From Pristiophorus japonicus (Eukaryota), in NCBI RefSeq assembly GCF_044704955.1, contig NC_091989.1, positions 104,656,001 through 104,720,000 of the forward strand: a stretch of DNA of 64,000 nt, given 5' to 3'. The notes under the pieces are model-generated. The model made no database searches, was not told the DNA's origin, and worked only from the letters and a program-made list of their open reading frames with translations. This document shows positions 26,336 through 38,585 of this stretch, piece after piece. How positions within the stretch are numbered: the stretch's first letter is position 1; each line of letters begins with the position of its first letter. The translations under genes were made by a program, and so were the position numbers.

Positions 26336-28017
26336 AATGTCTACTGACAGCTTCCATCTCATCAAAATGACCAACCCCTCAGAGAATGTATTCAAGTTTG
26401 CCACAGAGATGAGATAGAAATGTCACCTGTAATAGTTGACCATCAGTGGATTGTGCTCAGAAGATCTGCAGAGAACACCTGTGACACACCTGTAATTTGC
26501 TTTGTCAGGGGCGGGGTTATTCTTCAAAGAACCTGCCTGTATTTCAAAGAAATCGAGGTATACCTAGGGAGAGACCTGGGGAACCTGGACTCTTGAGTTC
26601 ACTGAGTTTACCTGTATTTCCACATCATAGCAGTGAGATCCAACTCTGTGCGGACAAATCCATATTCAACAAAGAATATCAAAGGTTCAATTTGCAGACT
26701 TAAGAATTGAGGAACTGTCACTTTAGCTTCAGAAAATAGTCCTGAGTATGGGTGAAAGTTCAGTACCCTTTTGCTCTTGATCAGGTGGTATATTTTCCTT
26801 CTGTATGAAATTGGATCTCAAAACAAACAAAAGTCCTATTTTAGCCTGAAGTATATGATCCGATGCTGTAGTATTTTTTAGCTCATCAGAAAGGTCAGGA
26901 GTATACATTGGGTACCCTATGTTACTTCTAGTATATACTCCAATGATACAAAGTAGAATTTTAATCTTGAAGCAAACAATCGTATTCACTTTATATATAA
27001 ATGAACAAGTGTCTCCATTAAAATACTGACAAAATAATGTTGTACACCTTTCCAGGTTAGAAATAGGCTTTATTGAAATTACACCTCTTAGATTGTGGTT
27101 CTGAGTGGCAGGAAATGGCAACTTTATCATCTAACCTACAACTGTTTAGTTGCACAATCTCTCATGCTGTCAACTTCAATTGCACAATCTCTCGTGCTAC
27201 CAAATTCAAATGATGACCCAGGAAATATTTACACGGTTTCGCTTAGTTGCAACACAAACATGTTTCAAACTACCCAGCTCAGCAATACATTTTTCATCCT
27301 GCCAAAATATTTGGGTGAGAACAGGATCAGAATTAGCCATGTTGCTATCCATGATGGAGATGCTTTTTGTTATTCACCGTCCACATTCAGTCATGAAAAA
27401 TGACCACTTAGGTAAGGTTATGGCTGTTAACCGGGGCCTGTGGAATCTTATCCCCACATGTCAGCTTCTCCCACAGAGGAGAAACTTCCAATGACTCTTA
27501 ACTTTTCATAGGTTAAAGAAAGATAACGTATTTCTATGCCTGCTATATGAATGAGGTTAGCCCATTTAGTGTAAATGGTTTAGTGCAGTTGTTGACAAAG
27601 TAATTAATGTTTTAGCATAATATCACACAATTATTTCTAGGCTTGGCATCTACTTTATAAAATGTATCCATCTGGGGCTAAGATTTTGGCACCTTGAGCT
27701 CAAGACGTCCAATTGTTCAGTTGCGTGGTCAACCGGCTCTCACAAGACCAAGTTCAGCCAGTTTAGTTCCAAAAAAAGACATGTTTTCAAGTATACACAA
27801 AATTCATGAGTTACGTTGCTCAAAAGCTTTGAGAATAGATTTGGTTACTTTAATTTCATCAACATAGGGTTGGGTGAAAGCACAAAAAACTATGACTGCG
27901 GAAACTGGATAAGGGATTGGGAATAGTAAATGTAAAAATGGAACAAGACCAAAATCTGCAGTAGTTGACAGGTAGGTGATGGGCACTAGAGCAACAAGAG
28001 TGCAGCAGAAATGCAAT

Positions 28018-28598
28018 GGGGGCGATCTTCAACCTCTGCTCGAAACAGGGGCAAAAATCTTCGGGTTCAGCCCCTATTTAGATGCCAGTGGGGAGCTGCA
28101 AGCACCAATTGGGAAGGTTAGAAAATCGGCTGGCTCCCAGGCTGAGCCAGCTGGCCGGTTGCGCCTGGGAAGAGGTGGAGATGAAACCGGGAGCCAGGTG
28201 GTGATGGCTTGCAGAGCGACGGAGTTTTTGTGGGCACAGGAGGTGGACACCTGCTCCTCCTGGTCTCGCGAAACGCAAAATTAGAAACTTCTTTGGCCTC
28301 TTTTTCAGCAGCCTCCAGCATGCCTTTTAAGGCCGTTCAAATCGTGAAATGGGTCGAACAGAGTCAGTGCGACCCATTTGCACCAGAAAAGTACGATCAG
28401 GATCCTTGGATCAGCACATGACCACAATTTACATATTTAAGAAGCCTCCAACCAAAAACAGGCAGGCGGGCTGCTTGCTCATTTACAAGCCCACCTCAAA
28501 AACGTATTAGGTGGGACTTGTGCATCAATGGGCCAGCCGAGGCGCATGCTCAATTTTCATGCGAGAAACTGGAAGCTGGCAGTTGAAAATCACTTCCA
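28018..28598. mobile_element. Harbinger-type MITE
   Basis: Imperfect TIRs gggggcgatcttcaac ... gttgaaaatcacttcc. Confidence 0.55.
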
Positions 28599-28614
28599 AC
28601 ATTTACAGATGGAA

Positions 28615-31600
28615 AACATAGAAACATAGAAAATAGGAGCAGAGTAGGCCATTTGGCTCTTCGAGTCTGCACCATCATTCAATATGATCATGGCTGATCC
28701 TCAATCTCAACACCATATTCCCACTTTCTCCCCATACCCCTTGATGCCTTTTGTGTCTAGAAATCTATGTCCTTCTTAAGTATATTCAGTGACTTGGCCT
28801 CTACAGCCTTCTCTGGTCGACAATTGCACAGATTCACCACCTTTGTGTGAAGAAATTTCTCCTCATCTCAGTCCTAAATTCCCTACCCGGTATCCTGATA
28901 GTGTGACCCCTTGTTCTAGACTTTCCAGCCAGGGGAAACATCCTCCAGCATCCAGTTTGTCCAGCCCCATCAGAAATTTATATGTTTAAATGAGATGCCT
29001 TCTCATTCTTCCAAACTCAAGTGAATACAGGCCTAGTCGACCCAATCTCTCCTCATACGACAGTCCTGCCATCCTTGGAATCAGTCTGGTGAACCTTTGT
29101 TGTACTCCCTCTATGGCAAATAAGGAGGCAAGTAATGATCTCCTAGGTAAGGAGACCAAAACTGCACACAATACTCCAGGTCTGGTCTCACCAAGGCCCT
29201 GTATAACTGTAGTAAGACATCCTTGCCCCTGTACTCAAATCCTCCTGCAATGAAGGGAGGGGAGTAAAGCTGGAATTAGAAAGCAAAAATAAAGAAAGTG
29301 AGTTTGAAGAAGAGTGGAAACAAGGAGGAAAAAAGGGTAAAAAAACAAATTTAAAAGCTGTTTGTCTAAATGCACATAGCATTCGTAACAAAATAGATGA
29401 GTTGATGGTAAAATAGATACAAATGGGTATGATCTGATAGCCATTACAGAGACATGGTTGCAAGGTGACCAGGACTAGGAATTAAATATTCAGGGGTACT
29501 TGACAATCTGGAAGGACAGACAGAAAGGAAAAGGAGGTGGGGTAGCTCTGTTGATAAAGGATGGAATCACTGCAATAGTGAGAAATGATAATGGCTCAAA
29601 TGATCAGGATATTGAAACAGTTTGGGTGGAGATAAGGAATAATAACGGGGAAAAGTCATTGGTGGGCTTGTCTCTAGGCCCCCTAACAGTAGCAACTCTG
29701 TTAATCGGAACATAAACCAGGAAATAGTGGGGGCTTGTAAAAAGGGAACAGAAATGATCATGGGTGATTTTAACCTCCACAATGATTGCACAAATAAAAT
29801 TGGGTAGCTTTGAGGAAGATTTCATAGAGTGCATAAGGGACGGGTTCCTCGAGCAGTATGTAATGGAACCAACCAGTGGGCAGGCTATCTTAGATCTGGT
29901 GCAGTGTAATGAGACAGGATTAATAAACTATTTCCTAGTAAAGGATCCCCTTGGAATGAGTGATCATAGCATGGTTGAATTTCAAATTCAGATGCAGGAC
30001 AAGAAAGTTGGATCTCAAACCAGCGTACTAAGCTTAAATAAAGGAGACTACAAAGGTATGAGGGCAGAGTTGGGTAAAGTGGATTGAGAAAATGGATTCA
30101 AGTGTAGGACGGTTGATGAACAGTGGTGTACATTTAAGGAGATATTTCACAACTCTCAAGAAAAATATATTCCAGTGAGGAGGAAAGGGTGTAAAAGAAA
30201 AGATAGCCATCCGTGGCTAACTAAAGAAATAAAGGACGGTATCCAATTAAGAATAAGGGCATATAAAGTGGCCAAAACTAGTGGGAGGACATAAGATTGG
30301 GAAGCTTTTAAAAGCCAACAAAGAATGAACTAGCAAGAAATATAAAAACAGATAGCAAGAGTCTCTATAGGTATGTAAAAAGGAAGAGTGGCTAAAGTAA
30401 ATATTGGTTCCTTAGTGGACTAGACCGGGAAATTAGTAATGGGGAACATGGAGATGGCAGAAATTCTGAACAAATATTTTGTATCAGTCTTTGCAGTAGA
30501 GGACACTAACAATATCCCAATAATGGATAGTCAAGGGGCTATAGGGGGGCGACGAACTTAACACAATCACAATCACAAGGAGGTGGTACTCAGTAAGATA
30601 ATGGGACTAAAGACAGATAAATCCCCTGTACCTGATGGCTTGCATCCTAGGGTCATAAGAGAAGTAGAGGCAGGGATAGTGGATGCTTTGGTTGTAATTT
30701 ATCAAAATTCCCTGGATTCTGGGGAGGTCCCGGCAGATTGGAAAATTGCAAATGTAACGCCCCTATTTAAAAAAGGAGGCAGACAAAAAGCAGGAAATTA
30801 TAGACCAGTTAGCCTATATCTGTGGTTGGGAAAATGTTGGAGTCCCTTATTAAAGAAGCACTGGCAAGACATTTGGAAAAACATAATTCAGTCAGGCAGA
30901 GTCAGCATGGATTTATGAAAGGGAAGCCATGTTTGACAAATTTTCTGGAATTCTTTGAGGCTGTAACAAACAGGGTGAATAAAGGGGAACCAATGGATGT
31001 CGTGTATTTGGATTTCCAGAAGGCATTTGACAAGGAGCCACATAAAAGGTTACTGTACAAGATAAAAGTTTACGGGGTTGGGGGTAACATATTAGCATGA
31101 ATAGGAGATTGGCTAATTAACAAAAAACAGAGAGTCAGGATAAATGGTTCATTCTCGAGTTGGCAATCAGTAATTAGTGGGATTCCACAGGGATCAGTGC
31201 TGGGACCTCAACTATTTACAATCTATATTAATGGCTTGGAAGAAGGGACCGAGTGTAACGTAGCCAAGTTTGCTGACGATACAAAGATGGGAGAAAAAGC
31301 AAATTGTGAGAAGGACACAAAAAATCTGCAAAAGGATATAGACAGTCTAAGTGAGTGGGCAAAATATTGGCAGATGGAGTGTAATGTTGGAAAGTGTGAG
31401 TTTATGCACTTTGGCAGAAAAAAAATCAAAGAGCAAGTTATTATTTAAATGGAGAAAGATTGCAAAGTACTGCAGTACAGGGGGTACTTGTGCATGAAAC
31501 ATAAAAGGTTAGTATGCAGGTACAGCAAGTGACCAGGAAGGCCAATGGAATCGTCATCTTTATTGCAAAGGGGATGGAGAATAAAAGCAAGTAAGTCTTG

Positions 31601-34600
31601 CTACAGTTATACAGGGTTTGGTGAGACCACACCTGGAATACTGCGTGCAGTTTTAGTTTCCATATTTATGAAAGGATATACTTGCTTTGGAGGCAGTTCA
31701 GAGAAGGTTCACTAGGTTGATTCCAGAGTTGAGGTGGTTGACTTATGAGGAAAGGTTGAGGAGGTTGGGCCTCTACTCATTGGGATTCAGAAGAATGAGA
31801 GGTGATCTTATCAAAATGTATAAGATTATGAGGGGGCTTGACAAGGTGGATACAGAGAGGATATTTCCACTGATAGGGGAGACTAGAACTAGGGGGCATA
31901 ATCTTAGAATAAGGAGCCACCCATTAAAAACTGAGATGATGAGGAATTTCTTCTCTCTGAGAATTCACTGCCTCAGAGAGCTGTGGAAGCTCGGTCAATG
32001 ACTAAGTTTAAGACACAGATAGACATAAGGGGTTATGGTGAGTGGGCAGGGAAGTGGACCTTGAGTCCATGATTGGATCAGCCATGACCATAATAAATGG
32101 TGGAGCAGGCTCGAGGGGCGGTATGGCCTACTCCTATTTATGTTCTTATGTTCTATGAAGGCCAACATATCATTTGCCTTCCTAACTGCTTGCTGCATCT
32201 GAATTTTTGCTTTCAATGACTGGTGTACAAGGACACCCAGGTCCCTTTGTACATTAACATTTCCCAAGCTATCTCCATTTAAGTAATACTTTGTCTTTAT
32301 GTTTTTGTTACCAAAGTGGATAACTTCACATTTATCCATGTTATACTGCATTTGCCATGTGTTTGTCCACTCACTCAACCTATCTAAATCATCTTGCAGC
32401 GTTTTTGCATCCTCCTCATAACTCAAAATCCCACCTAGTTTGTGTCGTCAACAAACTTGTAAATATTACATTTGGTTCCCTCATCCAAATCATTTATATA
32501 TATTGTGAATAGATAGAGCCCAAGCACTGATCCCTGTGGTACCCCACTAGTCACTGCCCGTCACCCCCAAAAAGACCATTTTATTCCTACTCTCTGTTTC
32601 CTGTCAGTTAACCAATTTTCAATCCATGCCAGTATATTACCCCCAATCCTATGTGCTTTAATTTTGCACACTAACCTCTTACGTGGGACTTTATCAAAGG
32701 CCTTCTGAAAATACAAATTCACTACATCCACTGGTTCTTCCTTATCTATTCTATTAGTTACATCCTCAAAAAACTCCAGTAGGTTTGTCAAACACGATTT
32801 TCCTTTCATAAATCCATGCTGACTTTGTCTAATCCTATGGATATCTTCTAAGTGTCCCATTATCACATCCTTTATCATAGACTCTCACATTTTCACTACT
32901 ACTGATGTTAGGCTAATGGGTCTGTAGTTCCCTGTTTTCTCTCTCCCTCCTTTTTTAAATAGTGAGGTTACATTTGCCACCCTCCAATCTACAGGAACTT
33001 TTCCATAATCTATAGAATTTTGGAAGATGACAACCAATGCATCCACTATTTCCATGGCTTCCTCTTTTAGTACTCTGGGATGCAGATCATCAGCCCCTAG
33101 GGATTTATCGACTTTCAGTCCCATTAATTTCTCTAGCACTATTTTCTTACTAATAATTATTTCCTTTCATTCCTCTTGCTCATTAGACCCTTGGTTCCCT
33201 ACCATTTCTGGGACCTTATTTGTGTCCTCTTCCGTGAAGATAGAACCAAAGTATTTATTTAATTGTTCTGTCATTTCCTTGTTCCCCATTATAAATTACC
33301 CGTTTCTGACTGTAAAAGACCTACATTTGTCTTCACTAATCTTTTTACGTACTTATAGAAACTTTTGCAGTCGGTTTTTATGTTCCTTGCAAGTTTACTC
33401 TCATAGTCTATTTTTCCCCTCTTAATCAATCTCTTGGTCCTTTTTTGCTGAATTCTAAACTGCTCCCAATCCTCAGGCTTGCTACTTTTTCTGGCAACTT
33501 TGTATGACTCCTCTTTGGATTTAATACTATCCTTAATTTATTTTGTTAGCCATGGTTGAGCCACTTTTCCTTTCGTGTTTTTGCAGCAGGAAGGAATGTA
33601 AAGCTGCTGCAATTCATGCATTCGGTCCTTAAATGTTCGCCATTGCCTATCCACCGCCATGCCTTTTAATTAATCTTCCCAATCTATCATAGCCAATTCA
33701 TTCCTCATACCTTCGTAGTTTCCTTTGTTGAGATTTAAGACCCTAGTTTCGAATTGGACTACTTCACTTTTCATCTTAATAAACAATTCAATCATGTTAT
33801 GGTCACTCTTCCCTAAAGGACTCCACACAAGGCTATTAATTAACTCCTTCTCAGTGAACAATACCCAATGTAGGATAGCCTGTTCCCTAGTAGGCTCCTC
33901 AACGTACTGGTCTAAAAAAAACATATCGTACACACTCCAGGAATTCATCCTCTAAAGTATCATTACTAATTTGGTTTGGCCAGTCCATATGTAGATTTAT
34001 GTCACCTACGATTACTGTAGTACCCTTTTTACATGCATCTCTAATTTCCTGTTTGATGCCATCCCCTACATTACCACTACTGTTTGGAGGCCTATTGACA
34101 ACTCCCACCAATGTTTTCTGTCCCTTGGTGCTCCTTAGCTCCACCCAGATTGATTCTACATCTTGATTTTCTGAGCCAATATCCTTTCTCACTATTGCTC
34201 TGATTTCATCCTTTACTAACAAAAACACCACCCTCTTTTCCTTTTTGCCTGTCCTTCCTAAATATCGAATATCCTTGGATATTCAGTTCCCAACCCTGCA
34301 ACCATGTCTCCGTAATTGCAACTATATCGTATGTGTTTACATCTATTTGTGCTGTTAATTCATCTACCTTATTACGAATGCTTCATGCATTCAGATACAG
34401 TGCTTTTAGATTTTACTTTTTAACATTATTAGACATCTTAACATTATTTTGTACTATAGCCCTATTTGTCTTATCGCTATTTTTTCTTACCTGGACCCCA
34501 TTTGTTAGTGCTCTCTTTTGTTTGTCGGCTCTGTCCCTTCCTGACATAATCTGGTTATCCTTACCACAATCACTTACCTGCATTGCTTCCTTTTCTTTTC

Positions 34601-35620
34601 TCTTTAGCATTCTAGATTTCTCTCCAGCGACCCCCACCACACACCCCCCCCCCCTCCCCAATCCCATTTAATTTAAAGCCCTATCTACCTCCCTAATTAT
34701 TCGATTTGTTAGAACTCTGGTCCCAGCATAGTTCAGGTGTAGTCCGTCCCCACGGAACAGTTCTCTCTTTCCTGAGTATTGGTGCCAGTTCCCCATGAAT
34801 CGAAACCTACTTCTCCCACACCAAACTCTGAGCCACGCATTCATCTCCCTGATTCTATTGACCCAATGCCAATTTGCTCGTTGCTCAGGTAATAATGCAG
34901 ATTATTACCTTTGTGGTTCTGCTTTTCAATTTAGTCCCTAGCTGCTCAAACTCTCTCAGCAGAACCTCTTTCTTAGTCCTACCTATGTCATTGGTACCTA
35001 CGTGTACCTCGACAACTGGATCCTCCCCCTCCCATTCCAAGTTCTTCTCCAGCCCGGAGGAGATGCCCTTTACCCTGGTACCGGGCAGGCAACACAGCCT
35101 TCAGGACCCACGCTGTCTTGGCTGCAGAGAACCTTATATATCCACCTAACTATACTGTCCCCTACTACAACCACCTTCCTCTTTACTCCCCCCACTTGAA
35201 TGTCTTTCTGCACCACGGTGCCTTGGTCAGTCTGCTCATCCACCCCGCAGTTTGCAACACTTGTCCACAAGGGTTGCAAGAAACTTAAACCTATTGGACA
35301 AGTGCAGGGACTGAAGTTCCTGCAATACTACCTCCTGGATCCCTGGATCTGCCTCACTCACAATCGCACCCTCCTGTCCCTGACCACTTGCCAATTCTAA
35401 AGTATTTAATCTAGAGAGTGTGGCTGCCTCCTGGAATAAAAGGTTCAGGTAACTTTTTCCCTCCTGATGTCTCGTAATTTCTGCAGCTCGGACTCCAGCT
35501 CCTCAACTCAGAGTCGAAGTTCGTCGAGCCGCATACACTTACCACAGATGTTGTCGCCCTGGACCAAAACGTTCAGAAGCTCCCACATATTGCAGCAGCA
35601 AAACATCTCCTGTTTTCCCA
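28615..35620 (-). mobile_element. Near full-length CR1 (ORF1 zinc finger and SGNH esterase, ORF2 APE and RT), split by antisense CR1 29257-32154
   Basis: ORF1 VVVVGDSIVR about 35150-35180, APE VGDINLH/SDHNMI, RT QHGFMKGKSCLTNL, (GTTTCTAT)n tail at about 28615. Confidence 0.9.
29257..32154 (+). mobile_element. CR1 ORF2-length copy inserted antisense into another CR1
   Basis: CLNAHSIRNK, GMSDHSM, QHGFMKGK, KFADDTK, GTTCTTAT tail; 7-bp TSD ATGAAGG (29250-29256 and 32155-32161). Confidence 0.9.
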
Positions 35621-36039
35621 TTATTTAATTAAATTAATTAGTTTAGTGTTAATCAAAGTATTTACCTTATATAGTTTATTAAATTAGTTAAATAAATAAA
35701 GGTTATTTTTTGAATTTAGTTATATGCTGTACATTAATTTAAAAGAAAAACTTAGCCCACAGTCACTACCAATCACTTACCTGCCTTATCTGTGATGTCA
35801 CACAGCAGAGTTCTCTCCACCCAGAGCCGTGTGATCAACGGAAATACGAATCTGGAGAGATGTAAAACGGGCTGTCGATTCGCGATCACCCATTTTACAC
35901 AAACAAACTCCAAATTACCCCACAGAGCGTGCGAATAAGGCCCTGAATTCCATACAAAGGGTATGGATGGAGACTGAAATTTTATATATTGGATGTCAAT
36001 GGGGATTCAAATTCTGCATACTGGATGTGAAAGAGGCAA

Positions 36040-36045
36040 TTTATT
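36040..36045 (-). terminator. Candidate polyadenylation signal (AATAAA) of the Ig-superfamily gene
   Basis: TTTATT on plus, about 400 bp downstream of the stop codon at 36451. Confidence 0.35.
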
Positions 36046-36450
36046 CTATAAACTGCAAGTGAATGGACACAATAATTCCATACAGTGTGTGTGGCTGGAT
36101 AACTGGAATTGGGTTAGGTTTGTGTATATCATGATTTCTGATGTGTGGGACTCCTTCAAAAATTGATGCACTCACAGAGAGATCACCAGTAAAATATGAA
36201 CATCCTTCTGAAGACCCATGTCCTAACTACCAAAAACGGTCGGAGAATATCAATTCAGAAATATTGGTGCCGAGAACAGAAATTATTTTTTAATAAGTGG
36301 AAAAATACAGAAATCTGATGACCTAACAGGCACTCTGAATTCTCTTGTTGACTCCCTTATGGTGTAAGCTGCACATATACTTTCAAGGTATTCTTTAAAG
36401 AAATACTATGATCTTTATCAAATACTTTTGAGATTTGTTTTGCCACGAGA

Positions 36451-36653
36451 TCAGGCACACAGAGCGTCCCTGTCTCTCTTATGGTGTTTCTTGAGCTTTG
36501 GTGTGGTGTAATTAACTTTTGCTACTCTGTTCGGGTTCCTCGGTGGTAGCTGGGTGTTGCCTTTTTTTTCTGCCTCTTCTTTGCCTTTGCGTTTTGCCGT
36601 TATTGGATCAGAGCAGCGTATGCAAGGCCTCATTTGAATGTTGTCTTCACGAG
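36451..36653 (-). CDS. Probable terminal (cytoplasmic) exon of the Ig-superfamily membrane protein
   Basis: Strong acceptor tttttttcccacag|. Phase-1 reading continues the TM exon: AREDNIQMRPCIRCSDP...VNYTTPKLKKHHKRDRDALCA*. Lies in non-repeat sequence. Confidence 0.7.
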
Positions 36654-36999
36654 CTGTGGGAAAAAAACAGCATGAAATTTAAGGGACAACATGTTTGTTG
36701 AAAATATGATGCGGGAATGGCCCTGATGCGTCAGTAAATGTACTGCATGGTGTAGTACTGAACCGTGTTGACCAGGAAGATCTATGTTGCAATCTCACCA
36801 AGGTGGTAGGGCCTCCGCACCCATGGGCTAGGAAGTGGGAACGTCGGGCAGAATTTCCACTGCTGTCATTGCTGTTACAAAGTGCACGTGTGAAAAATCA
36901 GCTTACAGCAGGATCAGGAGCTGCCTCCCACAGCTTAATGGCTTGGTGAGCGTTACAAATGAAGAAAGGTAATTTGGAAGAAACACATGCAAAGATTAT

Positions 37000-38136
37000 G
37001 GCCCGAAAATTGCGGTCGGAGGCTTCCTGAGGGCGGACGCCTCTGACCGAAATTTGTTTTACGAAAATACCTGGAGGTCCCGGAGGAATGTAGAATTGCA
37101 CTCCGCATAAGGGAACACGTCTTTCAGGAGCGTATGCGTATCCTGGGATCATGGGCTTGAACCACCAATCACAATGCAGTAGAGGTACAATGTCTCGAAT
37201 CCGGCTGTCCGAAAATCGGACATTTTTGAGGCAGCCAAGATGGCGACATCAGTGAGGGACGAGGGAACCGGTAAAAAACGGTATAAAATGCAGCGCCGGG
37301 GAGCTGTGGGCAGCGAGTATCGGCGGGAATCGGTGGGCGGTGAGGATTGGTGAGCCGGCGAGTGGCAGAGGATCAGCGGGAATCGGCAGGCGGCGAGGAT
37401 CAGCGGGCGGCGAGGAACGATAGATCGGCAAGTGGTGTGGAGTGGAAGATCGGCAAGGAGCGGAGGATTGGCGAGTGGCGAGGATCGATAGATCGGTGAG
37501 CGGTGAGGAGTGGAGGATCAGCAGACGGCGAGCATTGGCGGGCAGCGAGGATTGCCAACGAGGTCCAAAATCCGGCAAAATCCGAAAACCGGCACGGTCT
37601 CAGTCCCAAGTTCACCGGATTTCAGACGTTGTACCTGTATTCCCATTCATAGCAATGGAAGCTCTGAGCTCCCATTACTATCAATGAGAATACTCCTAAA
37701 ATCAAATAAAGCACCAACATAAATTTAAAGAAATTTAAGATTAATAGAAATTGCATTAAGTTAAATGTTTGAGGAAAAAAAAATTGTAAAAAATGTTTTA
37801 ATAGTGTTAAAAATAAACTTACCTTCATACAGGGTTTTTAATATAAAAATAAGTAATAACATTTAATTTTTCTATGTTTTAAAACTCTTCTGTTGGTAAA
37901 AGTAAACTCCGTGCCTGCTTTTACCAGGCGTAAGAGTTTGAAGGACATTCGCTGGGCAAGAGTTGGGCAAATAGCCCAAATCTTCGCCTGCAAATGTCCT
38001 TCTCCCGGGGATGCGTGTGATTGCAAAAGCCGGTTCTCGGCGCATGTGCATCGTGAGCTGAGAACCAGCATTGGCAAGGCGTCTTCGGGCGCGTGCGCAC
38101 ATCGTACGCACCCGGAGAGGCCGCAATTTTCGAGCC
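37000..38136. mobile_element. Harbinger-type MITE hosting a nested Tc1/pogo-type MITE
   Basis: 18-bp TIRs ggcccgaaaattgcggtc and ggccgcaattttcgagcc (16/18). Confidence 0.8.
37182..37637. mobile_element. Tc1/mariner (pogo/Tigger-like) MITE with internal GC-rich degenerate tandem repeat
   Basis: TIRs gaggtacaatgtctcgaatccgg and ccggatttcagacgttgtacctg, TA target duplication on both sides; GGCGAGGATC-like units about 37300-37555. Confidence 0.8.
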
Positions 38137-38224
38137 ACTGCCTCCTTGCTATGATTTCCAGACTGCACTGCAAAGCTTTAAAGTTTATGCTTGTTTTGTC
38201 AATTATTGAATGAATCATTTTCTA

Positions 38225-38585
38225 AGAAGTTGCATTTATATGGCACCTTTCACAACGTCCCAAAGCGGGGTACGACCAATTAAGTACTTTTTGAAGTAAA
38301 AAGTACTTTTGTGATATAACGGCCAATTTGTCACAGCAATGTCTCATGAACAGCAATGAGATAATGACCAGATAATCTATTTTAGTGATGTGGGTTCAGG
38401 GATAAATATTAGCTGGAGCACAAGAAAAATCCCTTGGTCTTGTTGGAATAGCACTGTGGGATCTTGTATGTTCACCCGAGGGGGCAGACGGAGCCTCAGT
38501 TTAATGCCTCACCTGAAAGATGGCATCTCCGACAGTGCAGCACACCCTCGCAATGGAGTGTGAGATTATGTGCTCAAGTCTCTTT
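38225..38585 (-). mobile_element. Deu-domain SINE (SacSINE1-like)
   Basis: Reverse complement of the copy at 54018-54430, with Deu core and L2-type tail. Confidence 0.75.

Noticed and set aside
26729-27494. Overlapping 100-133 aa ORFs in non-repeat sequence
   Set aside because: No recognisable domain and no consistent splice phase; compatible with chance ORFs.
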